A program made the translations under genes and the position numbers. A model generated the notes under the pieces. It worked only from the letters and a program-made list of their open reading frames with translations, ran no database searches and was not told where the DNA came from. From contig OX597834.1 in the NCBI GenBank assembly GCA_951406725.2, positions 42,284,001 through 42,348,000 on the forward strand: a DNA stretch of 64,000 nucleotides, written 5' to 3'. This document shows positions 1-13,094 of the stretch, piece after piece (position 1 is the first letter of the stretch; each line of letters begins with the position of its first letter). This stretch comes from Octopus vulgaris. Its lineage: Eukaryota.

Positions 1-35
1 ATGAAATGTTAGTAGTACTTGTGGACATAGTAACA

Positions 36-55
36 TAGTAGTAGTAGTAGTAGTG

Positions 56-94
<39 letters not shown>

Positions 95-296
95 TATGTT
101 GCAGGTGTAGTAGTAATATCAGAGTGTAATTGTATTATTATTCTGAAACAGAGAAATCATCATCATCAGCAGCAGCAGCAGCAGCAGTAACAGCAGTAGC
201 ATCTTCACCACCACCACCACTTCCACCACCACTTCCACCACCAACACCACCATCATCATCATCGTCGTCGTCGTCGTCATCATCATCATCATCAAG

Positions 297-338
<42 letters not shown>

Positions 339-425
339 GCTAGTAGTTGTGATGGAAAAAACTAAAACAGTAGCAGCAGCAGCAACAACAACAACAACAA
401 CAGCAACAACAACAACAACAACAAC

Positions 426-479
<54 letters not shown>

Positions 480-537
480 CGAAGATGAGGAAGAAGAAAA
501 ACAAAAAGCAGGAGGAGGAGAAGAAGAAGAATAAGAA

Positions 538-568
<31 letters not shown>

Positions 569-649
569 AAGAAGAAGAAGAAGAAGAAGAAGATGAAGAA
601 GAAGAAGAAGAAGGAGAAGAAGAAGAAGAAGAAGAAAAAGAAGAAGAAG

Positions 650-680
<31 letters not shown>

Positions 681-803
681 GGAAGAAGAAGAAGGAGAAG
701 AAGAAGAAGTGGAAGAAGAAGAAGGAGAAAGAAGAAGGAGAGGAAAGAGAAGAAGAAAAAGAAGAAGAAGAAAAGGAAGAAGAAGAAGAAGAAGAAGAAG
801 AAG
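36..803. repeat. Compound trinucleotide microsatellite chain (TAG, TCA, GCA, CCA, TCG, TTA, ACA, ATA, then ~320 bp GAA)
   Basis: Directly visible tandem triplets; they explain the poly-S/A/P/L/T/I/K/E ORFs at 130-898. Confidence 0.97.
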
Positions 804-976
804 ACATTAGTGGTCGAATAGAAGGCATCGACAGTTTAAGAAACGACCCGACCCCTTACCCCTACTCAAGCGCCCTCCCCCTCAAAACACGTCGATAAAA
901 GCATAAATCACCAACAGTAAAGGAACAATTGCTACTTGTGTCTATTGTTTTGTATCATATTTCATTTATACATTTG

Positions 977-1480
<504 letters not shown>

Positions 1481-1651
1481 TTTTTTTTCTTGCTGTTGTT
1501 ATTTTTGTAATAGTAATTTTTGTTGTTGTTATTGTTGTTATAAGGAATTATTTTTGAAGAGCGACTTTCAGGCTTCTGATTTCTGTTTATATCAAAGTCG
1601 AGTATCATCAACTCGAGCAAATTCTTTTGCACAATGTACCTCTCTCTCCCT

Positions 1652-1696
<45 letters not shown>

Positions 1697-2043
1697 CCTC
1701 TCCCCTCTCTCTACCTCTCTCTCTCTCTCTCTCTCTGAAGAGAGAAGTATTGCTCCAATTAATTACACAATATCAATGTCCAATAAATAAACCAACTGAA
1801 GAATGGCATAGAACAAACGTGGTGTTAGCGATTGTAAGAAGTATTTTGGAGGGAATAATATACAGCTATTGTACAGCAATATACATTCATACATACATAT
1901 ATATGTGTGTGTGTGTGTGTATGCATGATGTTAATGTTTGTTTTCATGTACTGTTCTAATAAAAAGAATTTCCCATTAATCTGATGGGTTAGTCTACATT
2001 TTTGTTGAGTGCAGATTTATTATTCTTAAACAAGAACATTGTT

Positions 2044-2093
2044 GACTGTGACTCGAAAGTTTCGACCTTTTAAGCCATCATCAGACTACAGTC
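2044..2093 (-). ncRNA. Minimal type-I hammerhead ribozyme-like motif (Penelope pLTR type)
   Basis: Minus strand reads gactgtagt-CTGATGA-t-GGC ttaaaag GTC-GAAA-CT TTCG AG-TC^acagtc. It has the canonical core, stem II, stem III with a UUCG loop, a GUC cleavage triplet and a bulged stem I. Confidence 0.65.
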
Positions 2094-2227
2094 CGACAGT
2101 GGCTTTGCGGGCTGAATCTCGGAGGTCACTATCAATAATACTCTTGTCTAAAAATACTAAGTATACACGTACATATATATAAATTATACATACACATATA
2201 CATTCACACACACACATACATTTATAA

Positions 2228-2395
<168 letters not shown>

Positions 2396-2416
2396 ATGTA
2401 TATATGTATATGTAAA

Positions 2417-2608
2417 TAGGGAGAGTTCACGTAAAAAGCAAAAGACGAAGACAGGTGGTGTACAAAACAAACAGATGTATTTGTATAACGCTCAGGAATT
2501 TTAAAAGCATTTTACGTTTCGAGCCTATGCTCTTCTACAGTAAGGGACACAGAAAAACAAGGAGAGAAACAAGGAGAGAAAAAAACGTGTGTAGTGGCTA
2601 CCGATCTA
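2417..2608 (-). mobile_element. Short interspersed repeat family P1 (Penelope-pLTR-like, hammerhead variant), copy 1
   Basis: Aligns by eye with 16440-16620 and 40420-40612 (aaaagacgaagacagg...ttacgtttcgagcctacgctcttc). Confidence 0.65.
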
Positions 2609-2725
2609 TATATATATTTATATAAGTTCAGTAAAATTTAGATTTAGTTTAATATGGTACTTAAGCTAAAGGCACCAGACTTCAGTATGGTATTATCCAT
2701 ATAAATCAAAATGGGGTGATTACAA

Positions 2726-2952
2726 TCAAAGTAAGCTACAAGGATATCCAGAGGTAATGCAGTACGATCGTTTCATGCGACTAATTTAACTGAACAATGC
2801 AAATATTACATCAGTTTTAAAATGTAGAGCAATCTTCAGTTGCATAAAAATATAGAATTTAGTTAAATTCAAAGGATTTATTTGTATAGTTATTCTATTT
2901 AACCAAAATCACACGTACTGCATTACCTCTGGGTATCCTTGTTGCTTATTTT

Positions 2953-2954
<2 letters not shown>
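2726..2954. repeat. 41-bp inverted repeat pair
   Basis: 2726-2766 tcaaagtaagctacaaggatatccagaggtaatgcagtacg matches the reverse complement of 2914-2954 with 3 mismatches. Confidence 0.9.
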
Positions 2955-2998
<44 letters not shown>

Positions 2999-3003
<5 letters not shown>

Positions 3004-3198
3004 GCCTGATCAATAAGTATCTGGATTGTCGTCATAGTAACGAGGCTAAAGCTCGCAGAGTGAAACCGCTTGGCATAGATTGACTTTGAACACTTATGTG
3101 CATGAGCACTAAGTTTTAACGTCCTAGCTCACTTCCGCTGTTTACAGCAGTGTTTGGGAGGAAGGTATGTAGCGTGTGATCGTCGCGTTGACCATGAT
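2999..3198 (+). mobile_element. Probable 5' terminal fragment (TIR + 5'UTR) of a second mariner family
   Basis: Starts from (TA)n with gaagcctgatcaataagtatctgga, resembling mariner ends of the TACGAGG..TGATCAATAAGT type, and stops just after an ATG. Recognised from memory only. Confidence 0.5.
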
Positions 3199-3249
3199 AC
3201 CTGCTCAGGGTCATACATACATATATACATATATATATGCATATATATA

Positions 3250-3298
<49 letters not shown>

Positions 3299-3300
<2 letters not shown>

Positions 3301-3436
3301 GGCAAGTTTCCTTCAGTTTCCTTCTGCCATATCCACTCACAAGGCTTTCGCTATACAAGGTGCCACGCAGTGGGACTGAACCCGGAACCATGTGATTGGG
3401 AAGCAAACCTTTTACCACACAGCCATTCCTGCGCCT
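3299..3436 (-). mobile_element. SINE family A, head/core part
   Basis: Reverse complement of ggagtggctgtgtggtaag...ggttccgggttcagtcccactgcgtggcaccttg. Confidence 0.85.
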
Positions 3437-3563
3437 ATGAATATATAAACGATCTATCCATCATCTCTCCGTCTCTTTCTGTCTCTCTCTGTCTGTCTCT
3501 GTCTCGGTCATCAGTGTACGTGCGTGTGTGTATGTTTGTCTGTACTTAAGACACAAAAACGTA

Positions 3564-3616
<53 letters not shown>

Positions 3617-4018
3617 CACACACACACACTTATATATATACATACATAACACATGTACATATTCACACTCACATACACCTTTATATGGATATGATCCAAC
3701 AAAATTGTTGATATATATACATACACACATATATGTACATGCACACTCACGCACGTACATACACACATATATATACATGCACACTCACGCACGCACATAT
3801 ACACACACGCACACACAAACACACTCTTCCCCTTTCTTACCTCTCATTGAGCACCAAACTAATAATTACACTTTGTTCCCTCTTGTTATTTCCATCGTTA
3901 ATTTCGCATCCCCCCCACACACCCACACCCACACGCACACATACACACATACATATATATTAATATACGTATATAAAAAAGTGTGTAAGTGTATCTGTAT
4001 GTAAGTATATACACATCC

Positions 4019-4055
<37 letters not shown>

Positions 4056-4241
4056 CACATACATTTACACTTACACACACTCACGCACAAACACTCTACA
4101 CACATGCATATATTTATGTTTATATACGTATACACATACACACACACACGCAGAAAACACACCTTACACATATATATATATATATTTATATTTATATACA
4201 TATATATGTGTGTGTGTAGCTGTATGTAAGTATATACATAT

Positions 4242-4286
<45 letters not shown>

Positions 4287-4460
4287 TATACGCACACATA
4301 CACACACACTTACACACACACACACTTACACACACACACACAGTGCTATGCACTTTGATCTGTGTTAGATTTAAATTCTATGGCTCCGTGCCTTTGATTT
4401 TTAAATATCCGAGTTGATTTACATTGTGACACAAACCACTAACAACGGCCATCTTGTTAC

Positions 4461-4649
4461 CCACCATCACCACCACCACCACCACCACCACCACCACCGC
4501 TGCCATAAGCAACACAACCACCATTACGACCCGCCCCGCCCCGCCTCCCACCCTTTAATCCATACCACTTCCATGGTTAACATCATAATCATATACATCT
4601 AATACGCATCAATAAATTTGTCGTCATCGTCGTGTTGTCATTGTCGTCG

Positions 4650-4680
<31 letters not shown>

Positions 4681-4991
4681 TGTCATTCTTGTCATCGTCG
4701 TCATCATCATGGAGTTGAGTGTCATTACCGTTATTATCGTCTGTGACGTCATCATGGCGACGACCCTTAACTTTCCATCCCCCGCACTCTTCCTCCTCGT
4801 CACCATCATCATCATAAACACTGCAACTAACTAACTACACTATCGCCACTGCCGCCACCGCCGCCGCCACCACTGCCACCACCACCACCACCACCACCAC
4901 CACCACCACCACCACCACTACCACCACCACCACCACCACCACCACCGTCATCACCATCAACATCATCATCGTCATCATCATCGTCATCATC

Positions 4992-5039
<48 letters not shown>

Positions 5040-5140
5040 GCCATCATCATCATCATCGTCATCATCGTCAGCTTAATGACCATCCTCAAACACAGTCATC
5101 AGCTTCGCCGTTGTAGTCGCCGTCGTCGTCGTCGTCGTCC
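4461..5140. repeat. (CAC)n/(CAT)n/(CGT)n low-complexity tract
   Basis: Direct observation. Confidence 0.93.
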
Positions 5141-5527
5141 TCTCTGGCATTTTAAAAGAAATAACAAACAACCGGAAAAAAACAAAAAACAAAACAAAAT
5201 AATTACAAGGTAAAAAAAGACAACAAGAGTAATGACAGCAACAACAACAACATCTAAAACAATACAAACCTACCAACAACAACAACAACAATACTGGGTA
5301 AGTTAAGCAATAAATAAGTCTGTCCATTCATCCTATGTGTCTGTCTGTGTATGTGTTTGTAGCCTCATAGTGTAGATGGGTTAACAGGTGCTGATGTGCG
5401 TATGTTTTATATATATCTTTTATATATGTATATGTGTGTGTGTAGATATTGTTATATGTCAGCGCATCCACTTTGTTTTCGCATCTTTAGAAGTGCACCT
5501 TTGCTATGATGGTATACGTGTGTGCAT

Positions 5528-5693
5528 AGGCGTAGGAGTGGCTGTGTGGTAACTAGCTTGCTTACAAACCACATGGTTCCAGTTTCGGTCCCACTGCGTG
5601 GCACCTTGGGCAAGTGTCTTCTACTATAGCCTCGGCCCGACCAAAGACCTTGTGAATGGATTTGGTAGGCAAAAACTGAAAGAAGCCCGTCGT
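5528..5693 (+). mobile_element. SINE family A (tRNA-like head, CORE-like domain ggcaccttgggcaagtgtctt)
   Basis: More than 20 whole or partial copies in the window; pol III A/B-box-like motifs tggctgtgtgg and ggttcagtccc in the family; centre resembles the CORE-SINE motif GTGACCTTGGGCAAGTCACTT. Confidence 0.9.
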
Positions 5694-5708
5694 ATATATG
5701 TATCTCTA

Positions 5709-5731
5709 TCTCTCTCTATATAAAACTGAGA

Positions 5732-5786
<55 letters not shown>

Positions 5787-6230
5787 TGTCTGTCTGTGTG
5801 TTTCCATAGAACTTTAGAACTACACAACCAATTTCATTTAAATTTTACACAAGCCTTACTTAGGGTCCGGGCAGTGTCATCGGCAAAACAAATGTTCAAA
5901 TTCTTGCCTAGGGCGAGCCCATAGTAATATCATATCTTCTCCACTATGATTCCCTAAAACTTGAGAACTACACAACCAATTTCATTCAAATTTTACACAT
6001 GCCTTACTTAGGTTCCATGTAGTTTCATGGGCAAAAAAAAGTTCACCTTCTTGCCTAGGGCGAGCCCATAGCAATATCATATCTTCTCCACTATTTCAGT
6101 ATTACGTGTTAAAAGTGAAACAAAAACATTTCTCTATTTTATATCAGATACTTTCACTTTAACAATAAAAATTAGAGATAATGTAGTAAGTAATAATTAA
6201 AATCAAACTAAAGTATAATATAATAATTAA
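5709..6230 (+). mobile_element. Non-autonomous Helitron-like element, 5' part with internal ~145-bp tandem duplication
   Basis: A|TC start, ctatataaaactgagaa, (TG)n(TCTG)n, then aacttgagaactacacaaccaatttcattcaaattttacaca...tagggcgagcccatag twice (about 5810-5948 and 5958-6095). This layout is typical of microsatellite-bearing Helitron-N elements; right boundary uncertain. Confidence 0.6.
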
Positions 6231-6593
6231 ATCGTAACATAACAATTAATATATATAAAGACTTTTGAAAATATCCGCAAATATAATTGGTGGAACTACA
6301 TGCATTTTCGACCTCGTGTTGATATCTGTCGTGGAGTTCTACAAATTATATCTTGCAAAGATGATCACACTGACGATCTACAGATAAGTTATGTAAATAA
6401 AATTACGTAATTTATTGATAGTGAAACAATTATTTGTGATTAATCTATATTTTTGTTATTTTTCATTTATCTTACTCGCTTACGCCTTTGGTGTGCTAAA
6501 TTTTTCTGGAGAACAATTCTTAGTGGTTGAAACCATAGTGGATCTTCTTCTAGCCTAAGGGCTTGCACATAGTGGTCAAAAAATTCCCTCTTA

Positions 6594-6645
<52 letters not shown>

Positions 6646-6897
6646 CGACGGGCTTCTTTTAGTTTCCGTCTACCAAATCCACTCACAAGGCTTTGATCGG
6701 CCCATAGGCAATAAATGGTTGAGAACCGCTGGTCTTAACAGTTCTTTTTTTTTTAATGTAATGAAGAGCGTTCCCTTCACTCCGGAAATGGGGGTAAACT
6801 GTTCAAACATTTCGAAGCTTTTGGGGTGATACTGAAAACCCCACCCAACGTATGGGGAGCTCTGTGAAACGTGGCCATTCACAACGACGACCACCAA

Positions 6898-6923
6898 TAA
6901 TAATTACAACAACAACAGCAATA

Positions 6924-6999
<76 letters not shown>

Positions 7000-7007
7000 T
7001 AATAATG

Positions 7008-7039
<32 letters not shown>

Positions 7040-7040
7040 G
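6898..7040. repeat. (TAA)n microsatellite
   Basis: Direct observation. Confidence 0.97.
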
Positions 7041-7276
7041 ATTTCTAACTTGAGGCACAAGACCAACAACAATAAAGTGATTATTAATTCAATTTTATTT
7101 TCATGTCGACTGTCAGAAGAAATTAAAAGAAGAAAAAAAAATGATGTTGGCATTTAATGGGTCAGTGAATCGTAAAAACCCATTCAAACATTAAAACCGA
7201 ATTATGTTCGCTTTTCAGAAGAATTTTTCAAAATACAATGCGAAATATAGATGATGATGGGAAATGTTATTTAAAT

Positions 7277-7278
7277 GA

Positions 7279-7337
<59 letters not shown>
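7277..7337. repeat. (GAAA)n microsatellite
   Basis: Direct observation. Confidence 0.97.
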
Positions 7338-7658
7338 TTTAGAAAAATAAGAAGTGCTTGGGAGGCTTCGGCAAAACAATCAACATGCAAGGGATAGCGA
7401 ACTAATCTATCGAAAATGAAAACGAAAAATAAAAACCCTCCAAAAAAAGAATAAAACTGAAACAAAAAAAAAAACCCAAATAAGAAACGCTCAACCGAGT
7501 TACGTGTTTGTGTGTGTGTGTGTGTGTATGTATGTGTGTATGTGCAGGTGTGTGTGTGTGTGTTTATGTGTGTATGTGTTTTCCACAATAATGAATATAT
7601 TAGTTTGAATTTTTAAAACATCAGCAAACATTACATTTACAATAATAATAATAATAAT

Positions 7659-7705
<47 letters not shown>

Positions 7706-8588
7706 CAACAACAACAACAACAATAATAACAACAACAACAACAGCAGCAGCAGCAACAATAATAATAATAATTTCAAATAAATTCAAAATGTGGGTTTGG
7801 AATTAAAATGGAAAGTGTTTTTAGCTTTATTTATATTCTATTTAATTTTTAATTTCTAATTTAGATTTGTATTTTTGTATTTTTGTATTTTTCTATTTTT
7901 TACATCATCATTTTGTTCTGCAGAAGAGTAATTTTGCTAATATTTTAGGTTAATGAGCAAATTACAAATAAAATAGGATTAATTGTTTTGTAGTTTAAAT
8001 TATCGTTGTATGTTTGTTGTTGTAACTGTTGTAGTTGATTGATATGACTGTTTATGAATAATAGCATTGCCTAATCCCCCGACTCTATCTCCCGCAAAAC
8101 AGCTGCTTTTTTTTCTTCTTCCGTTGTTTTTTTGTAACTGCGTTATCGCTATAATCCGGCCTCGAAAGTGCCTACAATGTTTTCTATTATCATAGAAGCT
8201 GTGTAACCTCAGTGATTACTGGAGTATGTATAGAATTTGGTCGTTTCTTTATTTGTCTAATTGTCTCACAATAGCAAACCTGTTAGAAATGTAGCGTTGT
8301 TGTTGTTGTTGTTGATGGTGATGATGATGATGATGATGATGATGATGGTGATGGTGATTATGTTATTGCAATTGAATTTCAAATACAGAGTCAGTCCTGA
8401 TCCAGTAGACCAGTTGTTCTTAACCAATTTTTTTTTTTTTTTTTTACCTAGGGATCCCTTTAGGACCCCGTTTTATTCAGAAGGATCTTCATAGCCATTT
8501 AATGTCCAAAAAATTCGATTATATTTTTAGAATTAAATATTATTAGGAATTGCGTTTAAAAATGTCTGTCTGTCTATGTATGTACCTA

Positions 8589-8626
<38 letters not shown>

Positions 8627-8780
8627 TCTCTGTATATATATATATATATATATACACACACATACACACATATACATGCGTACATATATACATGCATACA
8701 TGCATGCATACATACATACATACACACATACATACATACATACATACATACATACATAGGTGTGTGTGTGTGTGTGTGTA

Positions 8781-8940
8781 TAGGAGTGGCTGTGTGATAA
8801 GTAGCTTGCTTACCAACTACATCGTTCCGGGCTCAGTCCCACTGCGTGGCACCTTGGGCATGTGTCTTCTACTATAGCCTCGGGCCGACCAAAGCCTTGT
8901 GAGTGGATTTGTTAGACGGCAACTGAAAGAAGCCCGTCGT
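8781..8940 (+). mobile_element. SINE family A, head/core
   Basis: Near-identical to 5528-5693 and 33512-33670. Confidence 0.9.
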
Positions 8941-8946
8941 ATATAT

Positions 8947-9220
8947 GGGCCGGGTTTCCTGGTTTCTATGGCGCATGTGTTCCCTCCAACTGGACAGGAC
9001 GCCAGTCCATCGCAGCAATACTCAAGAAACAGGAAGAGAGAGTGTGAGAAAGTTGTGGCGAAAGAGTACAACAGGGCTCACTACCACCACCTGCCGGAGC
9101 CTCGTGGAGCTTTAGGTGTTTTCGCTCAATAAACACACACAACGCCCGGTCTGAGAATCGAAACCGCGATCCTCTGGCCGCGAGTCCGCTGCCCTAACCA
9201 CTGGGCCATTTCGCCTCCAC
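8947..9220 (-). mobile_element. SINE family C (tRNA-derived head), tail type 1
   Basis: Minus strand has tggcccagtggttagggc (A box) and ggtttcgattc (B box); head and core shared with 21346-21622. Confidence 0.85.
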
Positions 9221-9711
9221 GATATAACAAGTACCGCACATCAAATAAAACAGAATTACTGGTGGCAATTCGTTTGACTGGAACCCTTTAAGGTGGTGCT
9301 CCAGCATGGCCGCAGTCCAGCGACTGAAGCAAATAAAAGAACAAATGGTAACAGATGGGAAGGGTTCCGGAATATAAACAGAATAGGATCAGCCTCACAA
9401 AATTAACCAAGGCGTGATTTCAATTCAGAACGTAAAAAAGCCGGACCAAATAAACTAAGGTGGTTTGTCCGCAACTCTAATGGTTCCATTTACATCTCGC
9501 CCTAGGAAACAACGATTTTAATAATAAACTACGACTCCTCCTCCCGTTCCTACTCTACACCAGCGCCAAAAAAACCCTATGGTGTTGTCTAAGTTGAAAA
9601 ATCACTGTCGATGTGAGAAGTGATTACTTATGTCAAAATGATGGATTGGTAGAACTAATAGAGTCTCAGACAAAATCATTTTGTTACCTTTTAGCATTCG
9701 TTTTATTTATT

Positions 9712-10218
9712 TATTTTACTTGGTTCAGTCGTTAGAATACGACCATGTTGGAGCACCGCACCGCACCGCACCTTTTTAGTTGAAGGAATCGATCCCAGTA
9801 CATTTTTTTTTGTTTTTGTATAGGTTGGAACTTATTTTATAGATTCTTTATTTTTGGCTGAACCGCTAAGTTACAGGGATGTAAACACACCAACGTCGGT
9901 CGTCATGTGGTGGTAGTGGTGGTAGTGGTGCTGGTGGTGGACAAACACAGATACAACGACACACACACACACACTCACACGCAAACACACATACATGCAT
10001 ACGCACAAATACACACAGGTGCACACACACATGTGCAAACATACACACACACACACACATATACAAAGGGCTTCTTTGAGTTTTCATCTACTAAATACAC
10101 TCACAAGGCTTGTCTCCGCCTACCGAAGACACTTGTTCCACTTGCCACGCAGTGCAATTGAACCCCAAGCCATGTGGTTGGAAAGCAAACTTCTTACCAC
10201 ACAGCCACACCTGCGCCT
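9712..10218 (-). mobile_element. SINE family A, degenerate full-length copy with internal (CA)n
   Basis: Tail module at ~9712-9905, (CA)n-rich spacer, head at ~10065-10218. Confidence 0.8.
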
Positions 10219-10405
10219 AACCCTTACATTCTGGGTTCTAATTCCACAGATATTGATTTGGTTTTTCATTCTTCTGAACATCGATATCATAACATTTCGG
10301 TCAAGTACCGGATGTCATGTACCGGATGTCTGTTTTCGCCCCAGATTTATGAGCTTGTCCCCATTTAAGGCACACTTTTGTTTTTACAAGTATCACGATT
10401 ATATA

Positions 10406-10640
10406 TATTTCTTTATTGCCCACAAGGGGCTAAACACAGAGGGGACAAACAAGGACAGACAAACGGATTAAGTCGATGACATCGACCCCAAGTGCGTAAC
10501 TGGTACTTTAATTTATCGACCCCGAAAGGATGAAAGGCAAAGTCGACCTCAGCGGAATTTGAACTCAGAACGTAACGGCAGACGAAATACCGCTGAGCAT
10601 TTCGCCCGGCGTGCTAACGTTTCTGCCAGCTCGCCGCCTT
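10406..10640 (-). mobile_element. SINE family B, full-length monomer with 17-bp target-site duplication
   Basis: TSD agtatcacgattatata at 10389-10405 and 10641-10657. Head ggcggcgagctggcagaa...gagttcaaattcc; centre gcctttcatcctttcggggtcgataaa..aagtaccag resembles the Meta/MESC SINE domain as recalled. Confidence 0.95.
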
Positions 10641-11111
10641 AGTATCACGATTATATATTACGTGTATGATTGTACCTGTATTTGTACGTGTGTATGTCCA
10701 TGCACATGTGTGAATGTGCGTGTACGTGTGAGTATCTACGTGTGTGTGTATGTTGATTGTTATTTTTGGTCACCATTCAGTTCAGTCCTGATCGAGCAAA
10801 TATCAAATTAAAGGTCATTCATTCACGCTCCCTTACAACGCGAATATCAATAACTACATTGTCCAGCATGTCCTCCGTTTTTGCTGAGATAGTTGGCTAA
10901 GGGGATTTAAGAGCTATCTGCTATTTCAAACGACCACATAGACGCGTCATCGCTGGTTCATTTAATATTTAGTTGCAATTGTAATCCCGGTTGTTATTTT
11001 TGTTTAATCTTAGATCATCTTTGACCATGTAGCCAGCAATGGTAAAAGACTCTGCAGCAGTGTCCTTTCTGACTTCCAGTATTATAGAATTATATTATCT
11101 AATACCCTTTC

Positions 11112-11290
11112 ATTTTGTTTGACAGTAGGGTGCGATATGAGAAATATTTGGCTGCTATTTCTAGCAGATTTATTTTGTTAGATAATAGGATACGATATGT
11201 GAATATTTGGTCGCTATTTCTAGCAGACTTATTTCGTTAGATAATAGGGTGCGATGTGTGAATATCTAGTTGCTATTTCTAGCAGATTGA
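11112..11290. repeat. Three tandem ~59-bp units containing tttggctgctatttctagcaga
   Basis: Three visibly aligned units; the same motif recurs dispersed (~11970, 15658, 31715, 41730, 63952). Confidence 0.85.
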
Positions 11291-13094
11291 GCAACCACAT
11301 AAAGTATCAATCGATAGTTAAAGAAAACTCGTGTTTAATCAAATGTTGTTGTTTACACGGCGGAATGAGCTATTCGATAAATCAGACGATATAACATCCG
11401 CCATTGCTGGTAGCGAAAGAATCGCTGCTACCTATAATCTCAAGAGAGATTTGTATAAGATTTAGCTTTTCTGTCTCTGTCTAGGTCTTTGGATTGTAGA
11501 TAAGACAAAATCCAACATTCCTGATGCATGGTTAAACAGAGATTATGAATATGTTATCAGTAGATGTCGTCTGCTGGTACAGAACGTCATTTACGAACTG
11601 GTGACAAAATGGCTGGACTGTTCATCTCAGTCAATGCCACATCTTTAAATATAGATCCCGTTTACTTATTTGAATGGAAATATTTTTCTTCTTGTGAGTT
11701 CTTTGATCCCAAGACATCACAATGCTCTCGGAACGTCACGCTTGTCAATCAAATCTGTTATCCTTGATGTTGCGAATGTCTGTGAGGAGGTGAAGCCAGA
11801 TAAGCCAAGATAATATTATCGACAGCCATTATGTTTATAGATTACGTCAGACTTAATCGTGGTGTTGATAGACAAGCAACTCCACAGTGACAGATGTCAG
11901 AAAATTTTCGACAGTAATGGCTTCCTTTTGCTGTGAAGGTGGAGATTCTGCATGGTTACTGGACCTGTTAGAAATAGCAGTCAAATCTCCCTCATATCAC
12001 ATACCCTTAATATCTTAGGAAATAAAAGATATATTCAGTATTGTAGTTTTCATACAGAATTTGTGTGAGAAAAAGAAGGGATGATCACAAATGGAATGCT
12101 TTTGTTCATTGGCCAGCTTGTATGAAGGAATATTATTCCAAACTTACAGGGAAAAATTCAATTTAGAAATACTAAATCAAATTTCACATATATGTATGTA
12201 TGTAGGTATGTATATGTATGGTAACAATGAACGTAGAAAACGTAGTTGGTAATGTTAAACTTTATATACATATGCATGCTTCGCTAAACCGATTGTTGTT
12301 ATTACATAAGCTCATTGGCTCTATCGGAATCGACTTACTTCTTCGGCATTATCAACAAAGATAGTATAAAACACGCTTATATTATATAAAGCTTAAAAAT
12401 GCCAATTAGGTCTACCGGGTTTATTATCACTATCGTGTGGTTTGGATTCCGTTTAGTCGGAGATATAAGGGTTATTGTCAAACTGCGTCGAGTATAGGAA
12501 ATTCCATCCACTCTCTTATCAGCTCCAACAATCTAATTAACAGCATGACTCTTTATTAAAATACAGCTTTCGAGGATAGCTGTTTCTAAAGAAAAATCAG
12601 TTTTACACCTTTGTGGATTTGAACTTAGTAAGTAAAAAGCCGGAGCAAAATGCTGTAGAGCAAATTTTCCCGACAATCTAACGTTTCTGTCAGTTCCCCA
12701 TGCTTACCAAGCAGAGAACCAGCGATTAACAACAGGGGAGATAACGTCCCGGACATCAAACCTTGTAATCGCTAAATTATGCGCCTTGAATTCAAATGAA
12801 TCTGGGAAGCGATCGTTTAACGACTTTATGTGATTTCTCACAGCCAATATTTAGAACACATCGAAAAATATATAGATATTTACACATGTAGCATCCTTTG
12901 AGAGTCGTACGTTTGCAAATTTACCTGTATAATCGTAAGAAAAACATCTAGCTCTCTTTAACTAAGGAAAAGAACTGAAGGAGAAATGAGAAACGAATTC
13001 TAACTGACACACCGGGTCAAGATGCCGGAAGTCTCCGTCAACCAACCATACTGAAACTCGCACGATTGATCCCATTTTGTCTAAGACTGATTCT

